Below are positions 44,464 through 56,229 of a DNA stretch of 64,000 nucleotides, piece after piece. The translations under genes and the position numbers were made by a program. Positions within the stretch are counted from its first letter, which is position 1; the number at the start of each line of letters is the position of its first letter. The notes below the pieces were generated by a model. That model had not been told where the DNA came from. It searched no databases and was given only the letters and a program-made list of their open reading frames with translations. The DNA is from a virus (taxonomy: Duplodnaviria; Caudoviricetes): positions 102,529 to 166,528 of IMG/VR virus record IMGVR_UViG_3300012662_000008; one strand, given 5' to 3'.

Positions 44464-45327
44464 TATGTGGGTAACATTAACAATTGTAACAACACTACTT
44501 ATTATCGCACTAGGTGTAATAGTGGCAATATATCATGACAAACATCATGAAGATGTTTGTCAATTTCGAATTGTAGAACACAACGAGCATTTTTATATTC
44601 AGAGACACACAATGCAAGTTTGTGATGATGGTATTTCTCACTCTGTTTGGGAATATGAAGGTTCTCGTGCAGATGTCTTATCTCCTTTTAAAAAGTATGA
44701 ATATGTAAATTACATAGACGCACTAGATAAAGTAAAGGAGCTTAGAGAAATAGAGCTTAAATATCGAAAAGAATCTTTTAAAGATTATCTTAATAGAAAA
44801 AGAGATGATTTCACAATAATTAAATATTTCGAGTAATGCTTAATTTTCTTTCTGCAATTTTTGTTATTGTTGTTATATGTGCAGCTTGTGTTATGCTCTA
44901 TATACCAATTATAGATATTATAGAAAGTCGAGTAACAAAGCCATATATGATGCGTCTTATATGCGATAAAAAAGAAGCATATACAATTCAAGTAAAAATG
45001 ACTAGATTTTCTGTTTGGTCTGACTATTATTATATTGGCAAGTCTGATGTAGTTGTAGCAATGGATATTTTTAGAGAAAAACTCAAAACTCAATTTCAAA
45101 AATCTGGAGTAATATGCAAACAAAAGATCAAATAATAACTGGATTAATTTCTTTTACAATAATTGCAATTATTACAGTTGCTTTTATTTTTGGGCTAGGA
45201 CTGATTGTTATGCTTTTGTGGAATTGGCTTATGCCTCTTATTTTTGGTTTAGTTACAATAAATATCTGGCAAGCAATTGGTCTTATTTTGCTCTCTAGTT
45301 TTCTGATAAAGTCAAAAATATCTTTCG

Positions 45328-45864
45328 ATGATACGAAATATATTCGGTCACTTAAAGACCGTTTTAATGCATAAATGGTGGGTTTTCTACTATTGTTATC
45401 AAGTAGGACTTATCTGGAGAGGTTTAGTACACGATCTATCTAAATTTTCTCCAACTGAGTTTTGGGAAAGTGTTAAATATTATGATGGTGGAAAAGGCTC
45501 TCCTATAAATAAATGCAAGCAAGCAAATGGAGGTGTTTCCAGAGCGTGGTTACATCATAGAGGTAGAAATACACATCATTATGAATATTGGACCGATAAC
45601 TACGATAATGAGACTTTTTCTCGAATACGGATGCCCAAAGATGATTTTCTAGAAATGATCTGTGATTATATGGCCGCTGGTCGGACATATATGGGCAAGA
45701 ACTTCTCGTTTCAAGCAGAATATGATTGGTGGCAAAATATAAAAGCACCAACATGTAATGCAATGAACGAATACACCAAAAGAAGAGTAGATATGGCTCT
45801 TGGTTTGGCAATACAACACAAAAATCTGAAATTTCTTAAAAATTGGAATAGATACAATGGCTAA
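45328..45864 (+). CDS. HD-like (DUF5662-type) protein
   Basis: HK.WV, HDLSKFS, WLHHRGRNTHHYEYW and EMICD motifs. Confidence 0.8.
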   Translation: MIRNIFGHLKTVLMHKWWVFYYCYQVGLIWRGLVHDLSKFSPTEFWESVKYYDGGKGSPINKCKQANGGVSRAWLHHRGRNTHHYEYWTDNYDNETFSRIRMPKDDFLEMICDYMAAGRTYMGKNFSFQAEYDWWQNIKAPTCNAMNEYTKRRVDMALGLAIQHKNLKFLKNWNRYNG

Positions 45865-47141
45865 TTATGCTAACGGAAAAGTCTACGAAATTGGAGTAGA
45901 CTATGGAACTAAAGTAATTGAAAATCGTGGTAGGAGAGATCCCAGAAAAAGCGTAGAAATCCTTAAACAGGAACATAATACCCTTTTTATGACTCGTGCT
46001 CAATTGTGTAAATTTTTAAAAATCAAGTAGTTATGGAATTAGAGACTTTCACGAAGTTGCGAACTAGTTTTACGGAAGCATACAACGAGTTTGCTAAAGA
46101 AATTTATAAAATTTATGATAAAGTTCTCGAACAAGTAGAAGAGGATGATATGATTTCGTTCGAAGAGCCTACTTTCGACTATGATTTCACATATAGTACA
46201 CTCGTAATTCGTATAGAATTATATAATGAAGCAACTGATAAAGTTACAATTGTTACTTATAGAGGTGAAACTGAGTCAGAATTGATATCCGGACTTATTG
46301 ATGCATATAATAAAGCAAGGGGGTAATTATGAAATTTGATCAAGTTTTAAGTGAATATACTATTTCACTACACAAGTTTAAGAAATACTTTTGCAATATA
46401 ATAAATCAAGTAATTAAAGAAAAAGGTTTGGTTGGGAAAGTAAAATTATACTCTATAGCAGTTGAAGAAGAATATCCGGAGTCTAACGAATACTCTCTCT
46501 ATTGTGTTTTTACCGACGCTGAAGAAAATGTCGATGATCGATATTTCTATCCAGCTATTGACGAAAAGACTTTTAAAGATGATGTTGCTGAATATCTAGA
46601 TGAAATTAATTAAATTATGATTAAAGTTATATCTTCCCAAACCACAATAGGAGACGCTGCAATTGTTTGCAATAAAACAATTGATTTCTCTAAACTACTA
46701 GAGAAATATCCAGCTCTTACTAAGCATGAAATAGAAGAGACAATTGTACAATCTGGCATGAAAATTGACGAGGCAAAAGTTTCTTTCAGTGGTGCTGTTA
46801 CTTTACAACAATCTGACAATGTGAATGTCTGCAAACTACTTGCAGAAGCACGTTGCGATCTTAAAATATCAAAATTTATTAAACGACTTGTACATCTTGT
46901 CGTAAAAGTGCAAACTAAAAAAGTTAAGCAAACTCGGAAGTAAAATTATGTGCTGGCTATTTTATGTAATGTTTTTGGTTTTATCGAAGCACGATAATTT
47001 TAACTATAACGAAGATGAGCTCTATGAATAAAAAATTGCACTCTGAAATTATGAAATTGCTCCAGACTCGCGTTAATAAGGGTGCTCCTTGTCTGGAGCA
47101 ATTTAATTATGCAAAAGATCTATTAAGAAAAGTTTTAATAA

Positions 47142-47936
47142 ATGAAAAAGATATTGCGTAAAGTAAAGTATTGGTGGTTCAATGTACGAAATATGCCTAA
47201 TGCTATCTATATGTGCATAAGATTTCCTTTTCTCTATCCGAGAAATGTTTGGTCTGGAAAACACTATACAAACTGGAAAATCCAGACTAAAATGAGCGAC
47301 CTATATAATAAGCATCATATATTTCGCACAGAAGATCACTCTGCTACTGGAGGTTCCCATTTCGAAGTTGTAGAAAATCGTTGGAAATCTAAGAAATATG
47401 AAATATATTATAATTTTCTCGGGTTTCTTGAAAATTTTCTTGGCATATTTCATTGTGTACCAACACATTCCATACATACTTGGATACCATACGGTTGGAG
47501 AAAAGCGTTTGGAGTACAACTCTGGGAAGAGATAAGACACTCCCTTTATAAGACAGGTGGTTGGAAAGCAGTTCGTTCTTTTAAGATCCATGATATAAAA
47601 GAAAAGTATGGAGAACTCCAGATTTACCCAGCAGCAGCCACTCCCGAAGTATATAAGATTATTAGAAAATATGAGTATATTTCGGGTAGAACTTGCATAA
47701 TTTGTGGAGAACCAGCTACTTGTGAAACCCCTGTTGAGTATTGGAAGTGTCCGTATTGTGATGAACATGCTCCGAGAAAATCTAGGTTTTTACTCGATTT
47801 TGGGTTGTATAACTCTTGGTATGGCGTTTCTGGAAATGTAAATGGCCGCGATGGTGATGAACTCGTAGAACGAGAGCAAATGATTGAAGATTACGAAAAA
47901 CAACAAAATGATGATTTTTTGGATTCTGATAATTAG
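47142..47936 (+). CDS. Hypothetical protein with C-terminal Zn finger
   Basis: IKEKYGEL...TCIICGEP...CPYCDEH; all Trp codons are TGG. Confidence 0.75.
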   Translation: MKKILRKVKYWWFNVRNMPNAIYMCIRFPFLYPRNVWSGKHYTNWKIQTKMSDLYNKHHIFRTEDHSATGGSHFEVVENRWKSKKYEIYYNFLGFLENFLGIFHCVPTHSIHTWIPYGWRKAFGVQLWEEIRHSLYKTGGWKAVRSFKIHDIKEKYGELQIYPAAATPEVYKIIRKYEYISGRTCIICGEPATCETPVEYWKCPYCDEHAPRKSRFLLDFGLYNSWYGVSGNVNGRDGDELVEREQMIEDYEKQQNDDFLDSDN

Positions 47937-48785
47937 TCTCGTTGGACTTGCTATATGTTTTTGGTACATTCGCAAAAACACCATTAAATTCCCTTCTGAC
48001 GGGTCTTGTCATTTTGCCAATGTAGTTATCATCGACTCGGAGAAAACCCTTGAGAAGTACCTTAAAATCACAAATACGGGAAATCTTGAGGAACTTGCTG
48101 GGTACTACGAAAAATTCGGTATATTTGTAATTGATCGACGATGAAAATAGTTTGTATTATCTTGATTATTATCTTGGTATTTCTTGGTATAGAAGTACGA
48201 GATATTGATGAAAACTTGCTCGCTGAAAAATATTGCAAAAAACACAAATATGCTGAGTTTAGTTCTGTTAAAAAGAATATCGAGAACCTTTCTATTATAG
48301 GCTCTGTTATATTTTTTGTTATTGCATTAATTTTGTTTGTTTTTATTTTTAGTATATAATGAAATACTTAATTACTTGTGAATTAGAACATTGCGTTCTT
48401 AAGAGTTTTAGACGCACTTTTAAATGGAATAAAGAAAAACTAGCAAAGTTTTTTGGAGTTCCAAAAGAAAGCATAAAAGATTATAAAATCGAAGAAATAT
48501 GTACAAGTTTAGAATAATTGAACGCAACAAAAATGGAAGAATCTGTTATGTTGTTAAAAGAAAAACTTGGCTAGGTTGGAGCTCTGTTAAAAACTATGGT
48601 GGTTATTTTGATATGGAATACCCATATCTATCCAACGCAAAGGCAGAGGTTCAACGCTTAAAAGAGTATTACTATCCTAAAATAAAGGACAAAGTTATAT
48701 ACGAAGAATAATTTTTTATTTTCCCTAGTTTTTAACAATTATTAACAATTTTATTATCAAACTTAAAATTCCAACTAGGGAAATC

Positions 48786-48852
48786 TCATCCTGTCGAATA
48801 ATGGCTAGTTCGCTCTACGAAGAAATTGGGGTTCGATTCCCCACGGGATGAC
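48786..48852 (+). ncRNA. tRNA-like RNA with a truncated anticodon arm
   Basis: TCATCCTG/CGGGATGA acceptor; D arm CGAAT..GTTCG; 3-bp TCT-ACGA-AGA arm; TGGGG-TTCGATT-CCCCA T arm. Confidence 0.65.
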
Positions 48853-48873
48853 AAATTTTAAAATTTTTTAATT

Positions 48874-50205
48874 ATGAGATATGTTGTTGACGATCTAAAA
48901 AGACACACAATTACTCCCAAAGTAAATGGTTATTATATAATGGAATATAGAGTTTGGGATGATGATAATATGTTTCACAATGGAATAGCCACAGTTTATT
49001 ATCGTGTTGGTAAATATGCTATCTGTACTGAGGATTCGAATAATTTTAAATATTTTGGACCTTGTGATATGGAACGTTTTATACGAACTATATATCAAAA
49101 GTATACTTATTTTTCACAATTGAGCCCAATCGAAACAACACTCTGGGAAAACGAAATTGCTGCAATTAAAGAATATGTTATCAATGGAACAAAAGAGAGT
49201 TATGGATGTACAATTGACGAAAATAAAGGATTATCAATAATTAACGGAAAATATAGAATACCATTAGTTTGGCAATATCTTCATAAAGAGGATTTTACTG
49301 ATCCAGCAGTTTTAAATATGTTTAAAAAAGGCTTATCCCCATTTTATATTAAAGATTGGCATAATATAACTCCAGTAGAAGAGGATCTTGGTGAGTATCT
49401 TGAAAATAACGGAGTTTTTAATTTTACTTGCCCAATCTGCTCAAATGAAAAATCTCCAGCTGGGTTTTTAAAAATGCCGCGTCCTTTTTATGAAAAAAAT
49501 AAGTCTAGAATCAGAACTATTTTGCATATGAAATGTACTGCAAAGATTTTAATAGACCACCCAGATTATAAATTGCCTGACTTATATAGTTATATCACTC
49601 TAATTGACCGATTGTTTCCAAATTTTGTTATGACAGAACATGTAATAAATAAATTATCTAAATGGGCAACATATTTTGCTTGCACAGAATATGTTGATTA
49701 TTACACAATGTTTAAGGAAATGTACCCGAATGCTGAGCCGGCCCATTTTCTCGATATTAAAAGTGAAAGACAAGTATCAGAGTTACATTGGAATATATTA
49801 AATATATATGAAATAAACAAGGACAGAATTTTACTAGAAAAATATCTAAAAATTAAGGAAACATTTCCAAAATATGAATTTTCAGATGAAATTTTTAGTA
49901 TATTTTATCCAGAAACAGCAGAAGACATAGTAACAGAAGGGAGTACTCTACATCATTGTGTTGGAAGTTATCTGAAACGAATTGTTGAAGGCCGTAATAT
50001 AATTTTATTTTTACGTAAAAACGGAGAATTAGATAAGTCCTTAGTAACGGTTGATATAATCCCAACAGGTGATAGTTATGAAATTGAACAAGCCCACGGA
50101 AAATATAATTGTAAAATTGACGAAATCCCAGGCGTTAGTGAATTTATAAAAAAGTGGGCAGAAAAATTTAATATTATTATAAACAATTTAAACAAGGTTT
50201 GTTAA
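48874..50205 (+). CDS. PcfJ-like domain protein
   Basis: C-terminal EGSTLHHCVGSY...ILFLRK...SLVTVD...QAHGKYN. Confidence 0.85.
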   Translation: MRYVVDDLKRHTITPKVNGYYIMEYRVWDDDNMFHNGIATVYYRVGKYAICTEDSNNFKYFGPCDMERFIRTIYQKYTYFSQLSPIETTLWENEIAAIKEYVINGTKESYGCTIDENKGLSIINGKYRIPLVWQYLHKEDFTDPAVLNMFKKGLSPFYIKDWHNITPVEEDLGEYLENNGVFNFTCPICSNEKSPAGFLKMPRPFYEKNKSRIRTILHMKCTAKILIDHPDYKLPDLYSYITLIDRLFPNFVMTEHVINKLSKWATYFACTEYVDYYTMFKEMYPNAEPAHFLDIKSERQVSELHWNILNIYEINKDRILLEKYLKIKETFPKYEFSDEIFSIFYPETAEDIVTEGSTLHHCVGSYLKRIVEGRNIILFLRKNGELDKSLVTVDIIPTGDSYEIEQAHGKYNCKIDEIPGVSEFIKKWAEKFNIIINNLNKVC

Positions 50206-51157
50206 TTATGAGTTTCGTAGAAACAAAAAAGAAGATTGATGCTGAAAAAGCAGAGCCAATTAAACAGTATGGAGTAGTAGACACTCTTAATGCAGGAATG
50301 CGTCTTGTTAAGATTGCAGATGTTCCTGTGGGTGTTGCGTATAGTGATGAAGATGAGAAAAACATGCAAGAAGCGCTTTCACATTTTGGACCACTTGAAA
50401 CACGTGAGCAGGTAATGCAGGCAATGTATAATATGCAGCACACAACACGAATTGCAACAGATCTTCGTGAATCTGGAATGAAAGTCGAGAAGGAATTTAC
50501 TAGTAAGGCTGGTAAGAAGACTTTCTTGATTGATGGAAAGATTTACGATGAGTCTGGAAATGTTGTAGCCGAATAATGATAAAATCAATTTATTTTTATG
50601 ATGGCCCAGTATATATGGCAGCAGGTAAACTTAACGTTAAAAAAGATGCTAAGTTTACTACCATAGATGCTGGTATGGGAACTACATATAATTTAGAACA
50701 AGTGCGCTTTTATAGTGCTAGTGCCGATATAAACATTTTAACGAATAATCCGCAGTTACTTTCTTTTGATCTTTGTGATGAGTTCTTTTTATTTGATTTT
50801 AAAAATAATGAATTTCGTTCAATATATGAACTCACAGAGAAAGAGCTACATAAGACGCACGATTTGAGAAAGTTATGGATTGGGGGTACGTTCCCAGAAA
50901 CAAAAATGATTTTTGAAAAACCCTTAAGTTAATGGAAAAGGACCGATTTACTAGACTTACACTAGAACAATCTGATAGAAAGATAGTTATAGAAAGACCA
51001 TACGAAGATGTTAATGGCGATGATATGATGCAGATGCTAGAAACAATCATGGTTGGAATGACTTTCTTTCCAGAAACAATTTATAGATCGATGAAAGATC
51101 GAGTAGAAGAACTTTCAGAAATCTATGAAAAAGATTGCGAAGAATAAAAGTTTTTAT

Positions 51158-51165
51158 TATATTTG
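51158..51165 (+). promoter_or_regulatory. -7 promoter element at the start of the recoded plus-strand block
   Basis: TATATTTG upstream of ATG 51202. Confidence 0.55.
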
Positions 51166-51201
51166 TATATCAAAAGATATTAAAATTAATTAAAAACAAG
51201 A

Positions 51202-51649
51202 ATGGGAAAAAATCTTTTAGGTAGTCTAGATCGTTATGAAGATGAAGCTACTTTTGAGCGTTTTAGACACAAGTCTGGAGAAAGCAAAAAGAAAAGAATT
51301 AAAATCGACCATAGAAAGAATTATGTTGATTTTAACGATATGAATTGAGATATAGAAACAGACGATGAAGAATTGGTTTAGAAAATTTCTAGATTTATTT
51401 AAAAAACCAGTTGTTTCTGAACCAATTACTAGTCTTACTCAACTTAACGATATCAAACAATATGACGATGTCCAAGTTAAAATTGGAGAAAGTCTTTATG
51501 ATGGTTGAGTTGTAGAAAGGAAAGAAAATGTGGTGTTTATAGTTTATACAGATAATGCTGGAAAACTTATAGACACCACTTTTACAATTACACGTCCTTA
51601 TAATAGAAATAGTTTAGAGCAGTCTGGAAAAACTCTTATTTTAAAATAA
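51202..51649 (+). other. Two small CDS with in-frame TGA (51202..51381, 51365..51649)
   Basis: TGA at 51346 and at 51506 (YDG-W-VVER); with readthrough both fill the gap with overlapping junctions. Confidence 0.65.
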
Positions 51650-52389
51650 TGAAAATACTGAATATAGGTGATGTTCATGGTCGTACTGATGTTTTTGAGA
51701 TAATACGAAAAGAAGTAGATAATGTCGATATGATTAATTTGACTGGAGATTTCTTTTCGACACACAACCCGAAGATTACACAAGACGACCAGATAATGGT
51801 AATGGAAGGCATTTTATCTTTAAAAGAAGATTTTGGTGATAAAATGCACATACAGAGGGGCAATCATGACCAGCAACTCGGATATAGTTGGGCAGATTGT
51901 TCTCCTAGAGCCGGAAGTAAGTGTGAACAATGGTTTCAGGAACACAAGCAAGAATGGCTTGATGCAACAGAATGGGTTAATGTTGTTGATAATATCATAT
52001 TTTCACATGCTGGAATTTCCAAGACTTGGTTTGCCAGAACAGGCTGTGAAAAAGTAGAGGATATTAACAAACTCCCGCCTAGTGAATTATTTGGATTTAC
52101 TCCAGATAATTACATGGATTACTACGGAACTAGCAGAACTCAGCCCTGCACATGGATACGTCCCCAGACTCTTATGAAGGATGCTCTTGATGGATATACA
52201 CAAGTTATTGGACATACCACTTTTAAAAAGATCATACACATAATTAATGATTTTGGGGATGTGGAAGGTACGGATCACACATATGGCCCAGATATAGTTG
52301 TAAAACCAGTTGATATTTGGTGTTGTGATACTAATTTGGAACAATATTTGCTTATAGATAACGAAAAATTTATAATCAAAAATCTATAG
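51649..52389 (+). CDS. Calcineurin-like metallophosphoesterase
   Basis: GDVHG, GD, RGNHD, SHAG and GHT motifs. Confidence 0.9.
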   Translation: MKILNIGDVHGRTDVFEIIRKEVDNVDMINLTGDFFSTHNPKITQDDQIMVMEGILSLKEDFGDKMHIQRGNHDQQLGYSWADCSPRAGSKCEQWFQEHKQEWLDATEWVNVVDNIIFSHAGISKTWFARTGCEKVEDINKLPPSELFGFTPDNYMDYYGTSRTQPCTWIRPQTLMKDALDGYTQVIGHTTFKKIIHIINDFGDVEGTDHTYGPDIVVKPVDIWCCDTNLEQYLLIDNEKFIIKNL

Positions 52390-52416
52390 TTAACCACTGA
52401 CTTTATAGTGGTTTTT

Positions 52417-52488
52417 ACCCTCGTAGTTTAATGCTTAGAACTGGGGACTTCAAATCCTTAAGTGCCTGTTGGATTCGGGCCGAGGGTG
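52417..52488 (+). tRNA. Opal suppressor tRNA, anticodon TCA (presumed Trp)
   Basis: ACCCTCG/CGAGGGT acceptor with G73; GGGGA-CTTCAAA-TCCTT arm (anticodon 52450-52452); short variable loop, so not tRNA-Sec. Confidence 0.88.
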
Positions 52489-52576
52489 CCTAACTAATTG
52501 ATTATAAATATTTTACATTGAAAAATTCTATTCCCACTCGGCTGTGAAGTCCAGTGGGTTTTTATGTTTTTAGCTA

Positions 52577-54697
52577 TGAAAAAAGAATTAAAAAGATATG
52601 ATATTGAAGTAAAATATCCACCGCAATCGACTAAAATTATCGTTTGTTATAAGTACGGCTCTGAAACGCGTGCTAAAGTGGGAATTTTTAAAAATATGGA
52701 CCTTGCTTGGTCTGAAATTTTATTTTGAGAATATTATTAGTATGGTTGACATAGAAATAAAAAGCCCATTCTTTTTACAGATGAGTAGATCTTGTTTGTG
52801 TTTGGACGGAGACAAAAAGAAAGTTTATGCCGTCAGTTATATCTGACAAAATAAATTAAATGATTTTATAGGGGCAACTCCCTATGGCAATGTTTTTATT
52901 TTAGGATGATAGACGCAGAAATAAAATTACCAACAAATGGTCGTATTATTATGTATCGGTATGTTGTATGCCGAGGCTATGGTGAGTACCTTGATTTTGG
53001 TGAAGGAATTTTGACAGGAACTGTTTTTAATTTTAAGTACAAATGTGTCTGTGGCGCTAGAGAAATAGTTTGTTATAAATATATATAATATGAATCACGA
53101 TATTTTTTATGATCCCGAAATAAAAGCACCTAGAGTAAATGAGCCAATTTTGTTTGTTCCTGAATATGGCGTTTTAGATTTTTCTGGAATTTTTGATGGA
53201 ATAAATGTACAAGCAAATATATTGGGAATTGACACATATTTCCCGTATGATAAGATTTTTGTATGGAAAAGTATATAGATGCAGAGATTGTTCCAGTTCT
53301 AGAAGGTGTTAAAATAGAAATGGCTAAATATAGAATAGGAGATAACTACCTTTTACCCGATCATTACAAAGAACACGATACTCTTTTAATTGGGAAAATA
53401 GTTCGAGGTCGAATCAATAAGTTAGTACACAAAGATTGGATATATAAATGGATGAATATATAGACTCTGAAATTGTTCAAGTTCCAGAAGATATTGAAAT
53501 ATGTAGGATTAAAAATTGTTCAATGGGATTGGACTAATATTAAAAAAATAATTCCAATATATGACGGAGAAATTTGTCGAGGAAAAGTGTATAACGGCTT
53601 TTTTAGTAGACCAACAACTACAAAACAAAGAATATATAAATGGAGAAAATATGAAAAAAATTAGTAAAGATTTTCAAGGTTGGCCAGTTTATGCTCTTAC
53701 TTGGCGAGAAATATTAAAGTACTTGCCTTTTATAAAGGATGGGGTTATAGATTTTAATGATCCTAGATTGGATGTTTATCCAAGAACACTGGAAGATGAT
53801 GGAATGGGTTATGGAGTTAACGAAAAACTTATAACTGAGTGTACTTTCGTTGATAATGATAAAGAGTGTAATATTTTTATTGATAAGGAGATCTGGGATG
53901 CAGAAAATGATGTCTAATTTTATAGATGTTGAAATAAAACGCCCCCCATTTAATGTAAGAATATCTGTTGCACATTTCGTACAATTTCCTGAAAAAAGAA
54001 TTACAGTTCACTCTTTTAATGATGAAGATATAATACATTCCTTGGATCAAATTGCTTACGGTTGGTTATACAAATGAAGTTACGAGAAATTTATATAGAC
54101 GCCGAGATACTACCTCCGAAAGAAGATGATATAATAAAAGTTGTACCAATACAATTTTTTGGAATATCTGAATATCCTGGACATATAAATAGAAGTCAAA
54201 TTGTTACTGCTTGTGGTGCTGGACATCTCGGGATAAATACTGGATTTTGGCTAGATGATAATTGTGTCTCACATTATTGTAATTTTTGTAAATATCGCAA
54301 TGTCTAGTTGGATTGACCCGGAAATAAAATCTCCGGACAATAAAAAGAATTATAAAGTTCGGAGTTTTAAAAGATATAAAAATTGCATATTATATGATCG
54401 AAAAAATGCAATTAAGGTTTATAAAATCGATTGGGGAGGTATTGCTTGGATTTTTAAAAACAGTTTAGATTATTGTAGAGTAGCATGTTACAAAGAGATA
54501 AATTAATTGACGCTGAAATAATTTTTCCAAAAGAAGGACAGGTTGTTACTATAGTAAAAGTTATTTTCTCACAGATTGACAAGCGATTTTCTCAAAAGGG
54601 TTTAATATGTGGCCCAATTAAATATGTCGGCAATTTCCCATATTGTATATGTAACGGGCGTTATTGTTTATGTGTTTGTTATGCAAATGAATTATAA
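52577..54697 (+). repeat. Tandem array of about 10 divergent paralogous micro-genes (xID[AVPS]EIxxP N-terminus)
   Basis: Starts near 52577, 52742, 52906, 53090, 53263, 53448, 53908, 54074, 54300 and 54485. Confidence 0.75.
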
Positions 54698-55105
54698 AAA
54701 TAAATTAACTGAGTTGGGGTTAAAAGATCTTTCCCAACAATATCCCTGAAGCTAACGATTTTGAATTGTGTATTTTAGCAATGCGAGAAGCCAATTGAAC
54801 TTACGCAAATATGCAAAAGGCGTTAGGAAATCCATCTAAAAAAACTATTTCTGGAGTTTTTAAAAAATATGCACCAGAACTAGCAAATAAAGATGTGAAT
54901 AATGATAAAATGAATAAAAAATCTTTTATTACAAAGGAAGAGGGAATCTTTCGATATAATTGTATAAAAGAAAATAAATGAATGTGAAACTTACAAGGCG
55001 ATAATTACTTGTTTGAAATTAAGGACAATCTGCTCTATTTCTCTGAAAATGGGCACACAATGCCTTTTTCTGAGTTAGATATCGCTTGTAGAAATCAAAT
55101 GTTAA

Positions 55106-56227
55106 ATGAACAACAAGACCAAATTAAAGAACATCGAGAACATTAATGATTGTTTTAGTGGACAGGGTACGTTTTTAATTGAAAAGGCGTTTAATAATGC
55201 GTCTGGAAAGTTTACTCACAAGGCGGTGCATGTTTTTAGTGATGAACACGGAAAGTTCGAGTTAAAAAAGGAGGACGCAATTACTCTCCAAGAAAAATAT
55301 CCAGATGCAGAAGTACTCTTTTCTGCTACTATTGATGATCGAAAGACATCATCTGCCGATGAAGATGATGACGACGGCGAAGTTTACGTTGGAGGACAAT
55401 GGGTTGGAAGTTGTATCAAAGTAATTAGTGAGAATTTTGCTATATATATAGATGTAAATTCAATTACTGTTTATTTTACTAGTCTTGATTTTGATTACGA
55501 AAAATTAATTAGCGATCTCGACGAGGTACTAGCAAAGAAAGACGAGGGACCAAAAACATCTGAGGTTCGTCTTGTTGTTTATGATCAATCTTTTTACTCC
55601 GTACCAGCGAAGATTAATAAAACTATCGTTGATATTAAAAAGAATTACAATGACGATTTTATCCCTGTTTACGACGATCTCATTAAGTTTATTGAAAGTC
55701 GTGAATGTGGGCTTGCTGTGCTCAATGGGATCCCAGGTTCAGGAAAAACAAACCTAATACGCTCATTGATAACGAGTTACCCAAAAAGATATATCTTAGT
55801 TACTAATACCGTAGCAGAATCCCTTGCATCTCCGGAGTTTATGTCTTTCATGCTTGAAAATAGAGATAGTATTTTCATTCTTGAAGATTGTGAGCAGGTT
55901 ATAAAAGATCGTGACGAAGAGACAAATTTTAGTGGAGCAATATCGAATATATTGAATATGACTGATGGAATTATGTCAGATGTGTTTAATATTAAGTTTA
56001 TCTGTACTTTTAATGCAAATATTGAGACGATTGATAAGGCTCTTTTAAGAAAAGGTCGTTGTTTTGTTAATTATGAGTTTAAGAAACTCTGCGTTGAGAA
56101 AACAAAGACTCTTTTGAACGAGCAAGGAATAACTCTTGATAGTTATGAACCAATGACACTCGCTGAGATATATAACTTCGATAAGACAGATTGTACTACC
56201 AAGAAAGAGAATAAAATTGGGTTTTAA
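55106..56227 (+). CDS. AAA+ ATPase
   Basis: GIPGSGKT, FILEDCE, ILNMTDG and IDKALLRKGR motifs. Confidence 0.9.
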   Translation: MNNKTKLKNIENINDCFSGQGTFLIEKAFNNASGKFTHKAVHVFSDEHGKFELKKEDAITLQEKYPDAEVLFSATIDDRKTSSADEDDDDGEVYVGGQWVGSCIKVISENFAIYIDVNSITVYFTSLDFDYEKLISDLDEVLAKKDEGPKTSEVRLVVYDQSFYSVPAKINKTIVDIKKNYNDDFIPVYDDLIKFIESRECGLAVLNGIPGSGKTNLIRSLITSYPKRYILVTNTVAESLASPEFMSFMLENRDSIFILEDCEQVIKDRDEETNFSGAISNILNMTDGIMSDVFNIKFICTFNANIETIDKALLRKGRCFVNYEFKKLCVEKTKTLLNEQGITLDSYEPMTLAEIYNFDKTDCTTKKENKIGF

Positions 56228-56229
56228 TT

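Noticed and set aside
52417-52488. Selenocysteine tRNA
   Set aside because: It has a 7-bp acceptor stem and a short variable loop, and TGA aligns with TGG rather than Cys codons in paralogs
54683-55146. Programmed frameshift near 54730 (similar single-base shifts near 19190 and 53490)
   Set aside because: These are single-base indels with no slippery heptamer or stimulatory structure; sequencing error or recent decay is more likely, and raw reads are needed
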